Source of the DNA: a bacterium
GTDB taxonomy: Bacteria > Gemmatimonadota > Gemmatimonadetes > Gemmatimonadales > JACORV01
NCBI GenBank assembly: GCA_021787855.1
Contig: JAJYLI010000002.1
Location: forward strand, 1 to 49,961
Reading direction: 5' to 3'
Length of the DNA stretch: 49,961 nucleotides
The position numbers and the translations under genes are program-made. Of the stretch, positions 1-9,138 are shown one piece after another (position 1 is the first letter of the stretch; every line of letters starts with the position of its first letter). A model generated the notes under the pieces. The model saw only the letters and a program-made list of their open reading frames with translations. It searched no databases and was not told where the DNA came from.

Positions 1-1199
1 CCGCTCCCGCCACGCACTCGAAGCCGGCCGCGGTGATCCTGGGCGAGATCCGCCACCTCGCCTCCGACTCGCTCGACGGCCGGCTCACCGGCTCGCCGGG
101 CAACGACTCGGCGGCCGCGTACCTGGCCCGCCAGTTCGACCGGCTCGGCCTGGCGCCCGGCGGCGACTCGGGCACGTTCCTGCAGCACTGGACCGTCGGC
201 TCGACCAGCGCCACGCGCGAGGCGGGTGTGGCCGACGTCGCCACCGAGAACGTGGTGGCCATCCTGCCCGGCCGCGGCCGGCTCGCGGGCCAGGACGTCG
301 TGATCGGCGCCCACTTCGACCACCTGGGGCGCGGGCCGTTCGGCTCCATGGCGCATGGGGACTCGGCGCACATGATCCATCACGGGGCGGACGACAACGC
401 GTCCGGCGACGCCGCGGTGCTGGAGATCGCGCGCCTGCTCGCCGGGCGCCGCGCGCCCGACGCGCGCACCGTGGTGTTCGTCCTGTTCAGCGGCGAGGAG
501 GAGGGCACGCTGGGCTCGGCGTGGTACGCCGACCACCCGGTCCTGCCGATGGACTCGACCCTCGCCATGCTGAACCTCGACATGGTGGGCCGCATGCGGG
601 AACGGCGCCTGCTGGCGCTCGGCGTCCTCTCGGCGCGGGAGTGGCGGGCGCTCCTCGACTCGGTGAACGGCGACTATCATCTGGCGCTCCACGCTTCGGG
701 CGACGGCTGGGGCCCCTCGGACCAGAACTCGTTCTTCGCCAAGCGGCGCCCCGTGCTGCACTTCTTCACCGACCTGCACGCGGACTATCACACGCCCGCC
801 GACACCTGGGACCGGATCAACGCGGACGGCATCGAGACGATCGCCCGGTTCGTCGCCGACCTGGCGCGGCGGCTCGAGGTCCGCCCCGGCCCCCTGACCT
901 TCGTCAACGCCGCGCCGCCGGTCGTGGCGTCGGGGGAGCGGGCCTGGCTCGGCACCATCCCCGACATGACCGGCGAGCCGGGCGGCGTGCGGCTCACCGG
1001 CGTCACGGCCGGCAGTCCGGCCGAGCAGGCGGGCATCGTGGCGGGCGACGTGCTGGTCGGTATCGACGCCGACACGGTGGCGAACCTCGTGGACTTCCAG
1101 AACGCGCTGGTCAAGCATCACCCGGGCGAGCGGGTCGAGATCCGCGTGCGGCGCGGCGACCGGACGCTCGCGATCCCGGTCACGCTGGGGCGGCGGTAG
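1..1199 (+). CDS. M28-family zinc aminopeptidase with C-terminal PDZ domain (5' end probably outside the window)
   Basis: ORF 33..1199, and the frame stays open back to nt 3. M28 motifs HFDHLGRG, HHGADDNASGDAAVLEIARLL and SGEEEGTLGS are present. The C-terminus has a PDZ-like segment GVRLTGVTAGSPAEQAGIVAGDVLVGID. Confidence 0.85.
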   Translation, partial: APATHSKPAAVILGEIRHLASDSLDGRLTGSPGNDSAAAYLARQFDRLGLAPGGDSGTFLQHWTVGSTSATREAGVADVATENVVAILPGRGRLAGQDVVIGAHFDHLGRGPFGSMAHGDSAHMIHHGADDNASGDAAVLEIARLLAGRRAPDARTVVFVLFSGEEEGTLGSAWYADHPVLPMDSTLAMLNLDMVGRMRERRLLALGVLSAREWRALLDSVNGDYHLALHASGDGWGPSDQNSFFAKRRPVLHFFTDLHADYHTPADTWDRINADGIETIARFVADLARRLEVRPGPLTFVNAAPPVVASGERAWLGTIPDMTGEPGGVRLTGVTAGSPAEQAGIVAGDVLVGIDADTVANLVDFQNALVKHHPGERVEIRVRRGDRTLAIPVTLGRR

Positions 1200-1236
1200 C
1201 CGCGGCCGTTCCGCGCCGCCGGCGGGAGGCGATCCC

Positions 1237-2103
1237 ATGACGGCGCCCGGCGCCGGGGAGCGCACCGGACGGATCGAGGGCGCGGGAGTCGAGCTGTTCG
1301 CCCGCTGGGTGGGCGACGGCGGAGGGGGCTCCACGGTCGTCGCGATCCATGGCGGGCCCGGCGCCTCGCACGACTACCTGCGGCCGCAGTTCGATCTCCT
1401 GGCCCGCGACCGGACCCTGCTCTACTACGACCAGCGCGGCGGCGGGCAGTCGCCCGCGCCGCGCGTCGCGCCGCTGGGCTGGCGCGCGCACGTGGCCGAC
1501 CTCGCCGCGCTCGTCTCCGGCCAGCGGCTGGCCCCCGCCACCCTGCTGGGCTTCTCGTGGGGCGGCCTGCTGGCCCTGCTGTTCGCCATCGAGCACCCGG
1601 AGCTGGTGGAGCGCCTGGCGCTGGTCGCGCCGGCCGGCACCCATGCCGGCGTCCGGGCCGCGTTCGAGCGCGAGTTCGCCGCGCGGCAGGCGGCGCCCGC
1701 GGTCGCCGCGGCCAGGGCAGCGCTGTCGCGGTCCGGCCTCCGGGAGCGCGACCCGGACGCCTTCTGGCGCCGCGCGTTCGAGCTGTCGGTGGCCGGCTAC
1801 TTCAAGGACCCCGCGCGCGCCACGAGCCTCACCCCCTTCCGCGTGAACTCCCGCGCGCAACACGCGGTGTGGGAGAGCCTGGCCGGGATGGACCTGCGGC
1901 CGCGGCTGCCGGGAGTCACCGCGGACACGCTCGTGCTCCACGGGCGCTTCGACCCCATCCCGCTGGCCAGCGCCGAGGAGCTGGTGCGCCTCCTGCCGCG
2001 GGCCCGGCTGGCCGTGTTCGAGGATTCAGGGCACGCGCTCTACGCGGAAGAGACCGCCCGCTTCGTCGAGGTCCTGGACCCGTTCCTGCCGCGAGGCGGA
2101 TGA
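1237..2103 (+). CDS. alpha/beta hydrolase, prolyl aminopeptidase-like (S33)
   Basis: ORF 1237..2103. Motifs: HGGPGASHDYL, YYDQRGGGQS, nucleophile elbow GFSWGG, and C-terminal SGHALY. Confidence 0.85.
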   Translation: MTAPGAGERTGRIEGAGVELFARWVGDGGGGSTVVAIHGGPGASHDYLRPQFDLLARDRTLLYYDQRGGGQSPAPRVAPLGWRAHVADLAALVSGQRLAPATLLGFSWGGLLALLFAIEHPELVERLALVAPAGTHAGVRAAFEREFAARQAAPAVAAARAALSRSGLRERDPDAFWRRAFELSVAGYFKDPARATSLTPFRVNSRAQHAVWESLAGMDLRPRLPGVTADTLVLHGRFDPIPLASAEELVRLLPRARLAVFEDSGHALYAEETARFVEVLDPFLPRGG

Positions 2104-2864
2104 GCGCCGCGCGGCCGTACCCCTGGGCGGCGCTGGTGGACGCGCTGGGCGACGCGCGGCTCGCCGAGATCGAAGCCGCGCTGGCCGCAGCGAAGACCGA
2201 CCCGTTCGACCGCGACGCGTTCGTGCTCGACGGCGCGGTGGGACGCGTGCTGCGCGAGCTGGTGCCGCCCGACGCGCCCGCCGACGCCGTGACGGCGTAC
2301 GCGGCGTTGCTGCAGGCCCTGGTGCTGCATCGCTCCCGCGGCCGGCCGGTCCTGGCCGCGGACCGGGAGCGGCTGCGCGAGCTGCTCACCGAGCCCGCCC
2401 CGCCAGGCCTCGCGGCCGGGCGGACGGCCGCGGAGCCGGCCGGCCCCGCCCCGGCGATCCGCTACGTGCAGCTTCCCGAGCGCATGGTCTGGGCGGAACC
2501 CGCGCCCGGCGCTTTGGCACCCGGGCCGGGCGAGGAACCGGTGGCCGCGACGATCGTCCCGGAACCCGGCCCGCTCCGGACCGGGGCGGCGCACGAGCCG
2601 CTGGACGGCGTGTTCCTTACCACCTGGTCCGGCGGCGTGCGCGTGCTGGCCGTGCTCGGCTTCCGCCCGGAGCGCGACGGCTTCACGACCATCGAGGCCT
2701 CGGCGCGGCCCGTGCCCCTGCCGGCGCCGCCGCCCCGCCCCGACGGCCGGCGGCCCTTCGCGACGGTGCTGCCCGCCGGCGAGCGGATGGGGTTCTTTTC
2801 CGTCACCAGCCAGGCCGAGCTGATCTGGCTGGCCCTGCTCGCCGCGGCCGCCGCGGCGGGTTAG
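2100..2864 (+). CDS. hypothetical protein (Ala/Pro-rich, no family recognised)
   Basis: The internal ATG at 2100 overlaps the upstream stop (ATGA). GC3 is high throughout and the frame matches ORF 1557..2864. The upstream part of that ORF overlaps gene 2 in another frame. Confidence 0.6.
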   Translation: MSAARPYPWAALVDALGDARLAEIEAALAAAKTDPFDRDAFVLDGAVGRVLRELVPPDAPADAVTAYAALLQALVLHRSRGRPVLAADRERLRELLTEPAPPGLAAGRTAAEPAGPAPAIRYVQLPERMVWAEPAPGALAPGPGEEPVAATIVPEPGPLRTGAAHEPLDGVFLTTWSGGVRVLAVLGFRPERDGFTTIEASARPVPLPAPPPRPDGRRPFATVLPAGERMGFFSVTSQAELIWLALLAAAAAAG

Positions 2865-2875
2865 AATCCGGGCGG

Positions 2876-4603
2876 ATGGACAAGCGCGCCGCCGCGCACC
2901 TCCTCGACACCATCGCGACCTACCTGGAGCTGAAGGGCGAGAACCCCTTCAAGGTCCGGGCGTTCGCCAACGCCGCGCGCGCCGTGGAGACCCTGCCCGG
3001 CACGCTCGAGGAGGCGCTCGCGTCGGGCGCGCTGGCCGAAGCCCGGGGCATCGGCCCCGCCACGCTGGAGGTGGTGCGCGAGTACGCCGGGACCGGCCGG
3101 GCCACCGCGCTGGAGGAGCTGCGCCGCGAGGTCCCCCCCGGCCTGCTCGAGATGCGCCGGATCAGCGGCCTCGGGGCGGCCAAGGTCCGCACCCTGCACG
3201 CGCAGCTCCGGATCACGACCCTGGCCGAGCTGGAGGCCGCGGCCCGCGACGGCCGCCTGGCCGCGCTGTCCGGCTTCGGCGAGAAGTCGGCGCAGAAGAT
3301 CCTCCGCGGGATCGAGTTCCTGCGCCGCACCAGCGGCCTCGCGCTGGCGCACCACGCGGCACGCTGGGGCGAGGAGATCCGGCTCGCCGTCGCGGCGCTG
3401 CCGGGCGTGGCGGGGGTGGAGGTGGCCGGGAGCGTCCGCCGCCGGGCGGAGGTGGCGCACGACGCGGACCTGGTGGCCGGCACGGCGCTGGCGCCGGCGG
3501 AGCTGGGGCGGCGCCTCCAGGCCGCCGTTCCGGCGCTCGGCGTCGCGGAGGCGCCCGGCGGCCTCAAGCTCACGCGCGAGGACGGCGCGTCCGCCGACCT
3601 GTACGCGGTCGCGCCCGATCGCTTCGCCGCCGCACTCCTTTGGGCCACCGGGAGCGCCGCGCATCTGGAGCGGCTGGCGGCGCACGCCGCGGACCGGGGG
3701 CTCACGCTCGGGCCCGGCGGCCTCGAGCAGGACGGCGAGGGCGTACGCTGCCGGGACGAGGCGGCGTTGTACGCGGCGCTGGGCCTGCCGTTCGTCCCGC
3801 CCGAGCTGCGCGAGGGCGGGGACGAGGTCGCCCGCGCCGCCGCGGGCACGCTGCCCCGGCTCATCGAGCGCGACGACCTCGCCGGCGGAGGCCTGGTGCA
3901 CTGCCACAGCGTGTACAGCGACGGCGCCAACCCCATCGCGGAGCTGGCGGCCGTGGCGCGGGCGGCCGGGTACGGGTACCTCGGCCTGACGGACCACTCC
4001 GCGGCGGCGGCCTACGCCGGCGGCCTCAGGGAGGACGCGGTGCTCCGGCAGCACGCGGAGATCGAGGAGCTGAACCGCGGGTGGCCGGACTTCCGCATCC
4101 TCAAGGGGATCGAGGCCGACATCCTGGCCGACGGCACGCTGGACTACGGCGCGGAGACGCTCGCCCGGTTCGACTTCGTGATCGGGTCCATCCACTCGCG
4201 CATGGACATGGACCGGGCAACGATGACCGCGCGGGTGCTGCGCGCCATGGACGACCCGCACCTCACGATCCTCGGCCACCCCACGGGGCGGCTGCTGCTC
4301 ACGCGCGATCCCATCGCGCTGGACCTCGATGCCGTCCTCGCGAAGGCGGTGGAGCGCGGGGTGGCGATCGAGATCAACGGCGACCCGCAGCGGCTCGATC
4401 TGGACTGGCGCCGCTGCCGCGGGGCGCGCGACGCGGGCGTCATGCTCAGCATCGGCGCCGACGCCCACAGCCTCCCGGGTCTGGACAACATGGATCTCGG
4501 TGTCGCCGTGGCGCGCAAGGGCTGGCTGGAGAAGACGGACGTGCTCAACACGCGGAACCGGGAGGGCTTTCTGGCTTTCGCGCGCTCCCGGCGGCAGACC
4601 TGA
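2876..4603 (+). CDS. polX: DNA polymerase/3'-5' exonuclease PolX (Pol X core plus C-terminal PHP domain)
   Basis: 575 aa. The N-terminus YLELKGENPFKVRAFANAARAVE is typical of PolX, with HhH motifs. The PHP part carries HCHSVYSDG, LGLTDHS and GADAHS. Confidence 0.92.
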   Translation: MDKRAAAHLLDTIATYLELKGENPFKVRAFANAARAVETLPGTLEEALASGALAEARGIGPATLEVVREYAGTGRATALEELRREVPPGLLEMRRISGLGAAKVRTLHAQLRITTLAELEAAARDGRLAALSGFGEKSAQKILRGIEFLRRTSGLALAHHAARWGEEIRLAVAALPGVAGVEVAGSVRRRAEVAHDADLVAGTALAPAELGRRLQAAVPALGVAEAPGGLKLTREDGASADLYAVAPDRFAAALLWATGSAAHLERLAAHAADRGLTLGPGGLEQDGEGVRCRDEAALYAALGLPFVPPELREGGDEVARAAAGTLPRLIERDDLAGGGLVHCHSVYSDGANPIAELAAVARAAGYGYLGLTDHSAAAAYAGGLREDAVLRQHAEIEELNRGWPDFRILKGIEADILADGTLDYGAETLARFDFVIGSIHSRMDMDRATMTARVLRAMDDPHLTILGHPTGRLLLTRDPIALDLDAVLAKAVERGVAIEINGDPQRLDLDWRRCRGARDAGVMLSIGADAHSLPGLDNMDLGVAVARKGWLEKTDVLNTRNREGFLAFARSRRQT

Positions 4604-4843
4604 CGACAAGGAGGCGTTACGGCTGGCAAGCGCTCAGGTGCAGGACGGCAAGGGAGAAAGAAGAGAGGGGTCGGGCGCGAGGCCGTCGCGCCGGCTCGGA
4701 AGCCCGCGCGCGGCGGCCAGGCGGTCGGCGGCCGCAAGTTTGCGCCGGCCGAAGCGCGCATCGCGGCGATCATCCGCCTGCTGGAGGGCCGCTACCCCGA
4801 GGCGCGCTGCTCGCTGGACCACACCGACCCGCTGGAGCTGCTG

Positions 4844-5374
4844 GTGGCGACCATCCTGTCGGCCCAGTGCACCGACGCGCGGGTCAACCTGGTGACGAAG
4901 GACCTGTTCAGGAAGTACCGCAGCGCCGGCGACTACGCCGCCGCGAACCCCGCGGTCTTCGAGCAGGAGATCCGCAGCACCGGCTTCTTCCGCAACAAGA
5001 CCAAGAGCGTCATCGGCATGGCGCAGGCGCTGGTCGAGCGGTTCGGCGGCCGGGTCCCCGACTCGATGGAGCAACTCACGACGCTCCCCGGGGTGGGGCG
5101 CAAGACCGCGAACGTGGTCCTCGGCAACGCCTTCGGCAAGGACGAGGGGATCGTGGTGGACACCCACGTGACGCGCATCGCGCAACTCCTGGGGCTCACC
5201 CGTCAGAGCGACCCGGTCAGGATCGAGCAGGACCTGATGCGCGTGGTGCCGCGGCCGCGCTGGACGCTGTTCCCGCACCTGCTGATCCATCACGGCCGCC
5301 AGATCTGCATCGCGCGGCGGCCCCGGTGCGAGATCTGCCCCGTCGCCGCGCTCTGCCCGTCGGCGCAGGTGTGA
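4844..5374 (+). CDS. nth: endonuclease III (Nth); the true start is upstream of the first canonical start codon
   Basis: Motifs LLVATILSAQCTD and HhH-GPD LPGVGRKTANVVL, plus a C-terminal 4Fe-4S motif C-x6-C-x2-C-x5-C (CIARRPRCEICPVAALC). Family similarity (AEARIAAIIRLLEGRYPEARCSLDHTDPLE) continues in frame upstream of 4844, where there is no ATG/GTG/TTG back to the stop at 4601. Confidence 0.9.
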   Translation: MATILSAQCTDARVNLVTKDLFRKYRSAGDYAAANPAVFEQEIRSTGFFRNKTKSVIGMAQALVERFGGRVPDSMEQLTTLPGVGRKTANVVLGNAFGKDEGIVVDTHVTRIAQLLGLTRQSDPVRIEQDLMRVVPRPRWTLFPHLLIHHGRQICIARRPRCEICPVAALCPSAQV

Positions 5375-5378
5375 GCCC

Positions 5379-6551
5379 ATGAGCCCACCCCCGCGCGATC
5401 CCGCCGAGCTGGCCGAGCTGGTCGCCACGCGCCGCGACCTCCACGCCCACCCGGAGCTGGGCTACCAGGAGCACCGCACCGCCGCGCTGGTGGCGGAGCG
5501 GCTGAAGCAGATGGGCTGCGAGGTGCGGACCGGCGTGGGGCGCACCGGCGTGGTCGGCACGCTGGCCGGCCACGCGGGCGCCGGCCGCACGGTGCTGCTG
5601 CGCGCCGACATGGACGCGCTCCCCATCCAGGAGGCCGGCGAGACGCCGTACCGCTCCACCGCGCCGGGCGTGATGCACGCGTGCGGCCACGACGGGCACG
5701 TCGCCATCGCCCTCGCGGCGGCGCGGCGACTCGCGGCGAGCCGCCGCGAGTGGCGCGGCACGGTGCGGTTCGCCTTTCAGCCCGCCGAGGAGGGCGGCAA
5801 CGGCGCCGAGGCCATGATCGCCGACGGCGTGCTGGAGGCCCCGCGCGTGGACGCCGTCTTCGGGCTGCATCTCATGAACACCCTGCCCGTGGGCACCATC
5901 GCGGCGACGCCCGGCCCGATCATGGGCGCGGTGGACCTGTTCACGATCCGGATCACGGGCAAGGGTGGCCACGCGGCGATGCCCCACCAGACGGTGGATC
6001 CCGTGGTCGCCGCCGCGCACGTGGTCACGGCGCTGCAGTCGCTGGTGAGCCGCGCCACCGACCCGTTCGACCAGCTGGTGGTGAGCGTGACGCGGATCCG
6101 GGCCGGCGAGGCGTTCAACGTCATCCCGGAGGAGGCCGTGCTCATGGGCACGGTGCGCAGCATGGGCGGGCGGCCCTACGCCGAAGCGCCCGAGCGGCTC
6201 CGGGCCGTGGCGACCGGCGTGGCGGGCGCTCTGGGGTGCGGCGCCACGGTGGACTACGTCCGCCAGACGCCGGCCACGATCAACGACGAGGCCATGACGG
6301 CGCTGGTCGCCCGGGCCGCCGCCGCTCTGGTGGGCGCGGAACGGGTCCTGGCCGGCCAGCGCATGCTCGGCGGCGAGGACTTCGCCTTCTTCCTCCAGAA
6401 GGTGCCGGGCTGCTTCGCCTGGGTGGGATCCGCCAACCCCGCCAGGGGGTACGACGCACCACACCACAGTCCCCGCTTCGACATTGACGAGGACGCGCTG
6501 CCCATCGGCGTGGACCTGCTGGAGCGCGTCGCGAGGGAGTCTCTGCGCTGA
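5379..6551 (+). CDS. M20D-family amidohydrolase (N-acyl-amino-acid / hippurate hydrolase-like)
   Basis: 390 aa. Motifs: RRDLHAHPELGYQEHRT, LLRADMDALP, MHACGHDGH, FQPAEEGGNGA. Confidence 0.9.
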   Translation: MSPPPRDPAELAELVATRRDLHAHPELGYQEHRTAALVAERLKQMGCEVRTGVGRTGVVGTLAGHAGAGRTVLLRADMDALPIQEAGETPYRSTAPGVMHACGHDGHVAIALAAARRLAASRREWRGTVRFAFQPAEEGGNGAEAMIADGVLEAPRVDAVFGLHLMNTLPVGTIAATPGPIMGAVDLFTIRITGKGGHAAMPHQTVDPVVAAAHVVTALQSLVSRATDPFDQLVVSVTRIRAGEAFNVIPEEAVLMGTVRSMGGRPYAEAPERLRAVATGVAGALGCGATVDYVRQTPATINDEAMTALVARAAAALVGAERVLAGQRMLGGEDFAFFLQKVPGCFAWVGSANPARGYDAPHHSPRFDIDEDALPIGVDLLERVARESLR

Positions 6552-8632
6552 ACCGCCTGGCCGGCCAACGCTCCGCCTACCTGACCTCCGCCGCCCACCA
6601 GCCGGTGGACTGGCTGCCCTGGGGCGAGGAGGCGTTCCGCCGCGCCCGCGAGGAGGACAAGCCCATCCTGCTGGACGTGGGCGCGGTGTGGTGCCACTGG
6701 TGCCACGTGATGGACCGGGAGTCGTACGAGAACCCCGAGCTGGCGGCAACCCTCAACCGGCGGTTCGTGTGCGTCAAGGTGGACCGCGACGAGCGGCCCG
6801 ACGTGGACGCCCGCTACCAGGGCGCGGTGCAGGCGCTGACCGGCCAGGGCGGCTGGCCGCTCACCGCGTTCCTGACGCCGGAGGGCGACGTGTTCTTCGG
6901 CGGCACCTACTTCCCGCCGGACGACCGGTTCGGCCGCGAGTCGTTCGGCACCATCCTCCGGCGGGTGGACGAGGTGTTCCGCGCCCGGCGGGAGCAGGTG
7001 GCGGCGAGCGGCGGCGAGCTCAAGGCCCACGTCGCGCGGCTCCTGGCCGGGGCGGCCGCCGGCGAGCCGGCGCCGGAGCTCCTCGAGCGCGGCGCGCGGC
7101 AGATGGATCGCCTGTTCGACGAGCGGCACGGCGGGTTCGGCGCGAGCCCCAAGTTCCCGCACCCGGCCGCGATCGAGTTTCTCCTGGCCCGCTGGTGGGA
7201 CACGGGCGACGCCCGGCTCCGCGAGATGGTCGAGCGCACGCTCACCGGCATGGCCGACGGCGGCGTCCGGGACCAGCTCGGCGGCGGCTTCCACCGCTAC
7301 GCCACCGACGAGCGCTGGATCGTGCCGCACTTCGAGAAGATGTCGTACGACAACGCCGAGCTGCTGAAGGCCTACGTCCACGCGTACGCCGCGCTGCGGA
7401 TCCCGCTGTGGCGCGAGGCGGCGGAGGGCATCGCGGCCTGGTGCCTCGAGATCCTGGCGGACCCGGGCCGCGGCGGCTTCGGCGCGTCCCAGGACGCCGA
7501 CGTCGGGCTCGAGGACGACGGCGACTACTTCACCTGGACGCAGGCCGAGGCGCGGGCGGCGCTCACCGGCGACGAATGGGAGGTGGCACGCCGCCGCTGG
7601 GACATCGGCGAGGCGGGCGAGATGCGCCACGACCCCGCGAGGAACGTGCTGTGGGTCGCGCGGGACGCGGCGGCGATCGCGGCGGAGCTGGGCCTGGACC
7701 CGCCGCGGGTCGAGGAGCTGCTGCGCGGGGCCAGGGCGAAGCTCAAGGCGGCGCGGGACCGGCGGGCCCCGCCCGCGGTGGATCGCGCCGTGTACACCGG
7801 CTGGAACGCCATGCTCGCGGAGGCCTTCCTCGAGGCCGGCGCGGTGCTCGCACGCCCGGACTTGAGCGCGTTCGCGCTCCGGACGCTCGAGCGGCTGTGG
7901 CGGGACGCGCCGGGGAGCGGCGGGCTCCTGCGCCACCGCGCGGACGCCCCGGCCGTCGCGACGGGCGGCGCCGCCGCGGCCGCGGAGGACCAGGCCGGCC
8001 CGTTCTTCCTCGACGACCAGGTGCAGGCCGCCTCCGCCGCGCTCGCGGCTTCGGAGCACACGGGCGACGCCCGCTGGCTCGAGCGCTCCCGCGACCTCAT
8101 GGCGCGCACCCTGGAGCGCTTCGCCGCCGACGGCGGCGGTCTGGTGGACGCCGTCGCGGGCGCCCCGCGTGGCCTCCTGGACCAGCCCGCCCTGCCGATC
8201 CAGGACGCGCCCACGCCGGCGGCCAATGCCGTGGCCGCGCTGGTGCTCCTGCGGCACGCCGCCATCACCGAGGACCCGAGCTGGACCGAGCGCGCGGGGC
8301 GGCTGCTCCAGGTTTTCGCGGGCTCGGCCGAGCAGAGCGGACTCTTCACGGCGACCTACCTGCGCGCGGTGGACTGGCTGCTCAACGGGGCATGCCGGAT
8401 AGTAGTAGCTGATGCTACTACGTCGCCCACGCTGCGGGCCACCGCCCTGGCCGCCTACCGCCCGCGGAAGGTGGTGGTGCCGTCCGCAACCTCTCCCGTG
8501 GGCGGGGTAGCACCACCGGTGGCGCTGGTGTGCGCCGGGACGGCGTGCGCGGCGCCGGTGCGGGACGCGGCCGCGCTGCTCGGTACGATCCAGGCTTTCG
8601 GGCGGCGACCGGCCAGGGTTAGGATAGTGTGA
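6548..8632 (+). CDS. thioredoxin-domain (DUF255 / YyaL-like) protein; probable CTG start at 6548, first canonical start is GTG 6605
   Basis: Motifs DWLPWGEEAF, CHWCHVM and VKVDRDERPDVD, with a C-terminal VCAGTACAAPV. In-frame upstream codons encode NRLAGQRSAYLTSAAHQP, which is the usual N-terminus of this family. Confidence 0.88.
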   Translation: MNRLAGQRSAYLTSAAHQPVDWLPWGEEAFRRAREEDKPILLDVGAVWCHWCHVMDRESYENPELAATLNRRFVCVKVDRDERPDVDARYQGAVQALTGQGGWPLTAFLTPEGDVFFGGTYFPPDDRFGRESFGTILRRVDEVFRARREQVAASGGELKAHVARLLAGAAAGEPAPELLERGARQMDRLFDERHGGFGASPKFPHPAAIEFLLARWWDTGDARLREMVERTLTGMADGGVRDQLGGGFHRYATDERWIVPHFEKMSYDNAELLKAYVHAYAALRIPLWREAAEGIAAWCLEILADPGRGGFGASQDADVGLEDDGDYFTWTQAEARAALTGDEWEVARRRWDIGEAGEMRHDPARNVLWVARDAAAIAAELGLDPPRVEELLRGARAKLKAARDRRAPPAVDRAVYTGWNAMLAEAFLEAGAVLARPDLSAFALRTLERLWRDAPGSGGLLRHRADAPAVATGGAAAAAEDQAGPFFLDDQVQAASAALAASEHTGDARWLERSRDLMARTLERFAADGGGLVDAVAGAPRGLLDQPALPIQDAPTPAANAVAALVLLRHAAITEDPSWTERAGRLLQVFAGSAEQSGLFTATYLRAVDWLLNGACRIVVADATTSPTLRATALAAYRPRKVVVPSATSPVGGVAPPVALVCAGTACAAPVRDAAALLGTIQAFGRRPARVRIV
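8402..8421. other. perfect 8-bp inverted repeat GTAGTAGC-tgat-GCTACTAC inside the DUF255 coding region
   Basis: Read directly from the sequence. It is built from seven consecutive A/T-ending codons (ATA GTA GTA GCT GAT GCT ACT). Confidence 0.9.
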
Positions 8633-9138
8633 TGCTCGACGCGATCCGGCAGAAGCTTTCCGACGAGGTGCAGCGGCTCAACCACGAGCTGTCGGTGACG
8701 CTGCCCGAGACGCTGAAGCGCGCGCTGCAGATGGGCGACCTGCGCGAGAACGGGGATTATCACGCGGCGCTGGAGCGGCAGCAGTTCATCCAGGCGCGGC
8801 TGAGCCATCTGCGGTCGCGGCTGGCCAAGCTCTCGCAGATTGATCTGACGAAGCTCCCGGCGGACAAGGTGGGGCTGGGCTCCCGCGTGGTGGTAGAGGA
8901 CCAGGCCACCCGCGAGAAGGTGCTGTACGAGCTGGTGGTGCCCGACGCGATGGATTTCGACAGCGACGGCGGCGGGACGCAGATCTCGGTGGCCTCGCCT
9001 CTGGGGCGGGGGTTGCTGGACCACAAGGTGGGCGAGGTGGTCGTGATCCAGCTCCCCAGCGGGCCGCGCAAGCTGAAGATCGTGGAGCTCACCACTTTCC
9101 ACCAGCAGCTCGCCGACTCGAGAGGGGTGGCGGAGTGA
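8629..9138 (+). CDS. greA: transcription elongation factor GreA family
   Basis: 169 aa. It has an N-terminal coiled coil with [12 protein letters not shown] and a C-terminal FKBP-like domain ([20 protein letters not shown]). The start is GTG 8629 or ATG 8632, overlapping the upstream stop. Confidence 0.85.
   Translation: MMLDAIRQKLSDEVQRLNHELSVTLPETLKRALQMGDLRENGDYHAALERQQFIQARLSHLRSRLAKLSQIDLTKLPADKVGLGSRVVVEDQATREKVLYELVVPDAMDFDSDGGGTQISVASPLGRGLLDHKVGEVVVIQLPSGPRKLKIVELTTFHQQLADSRGVAE

Noticed and set aside
2515-2530. TGGCAC hexamers at 2515 and at 19549 as further sigma54 promoters
   Set aside because: Both lie inside coding regions and lack a GC dinucleotide at the -12 position with the required spacing. 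The sequences there are CGG and ACG respectively.
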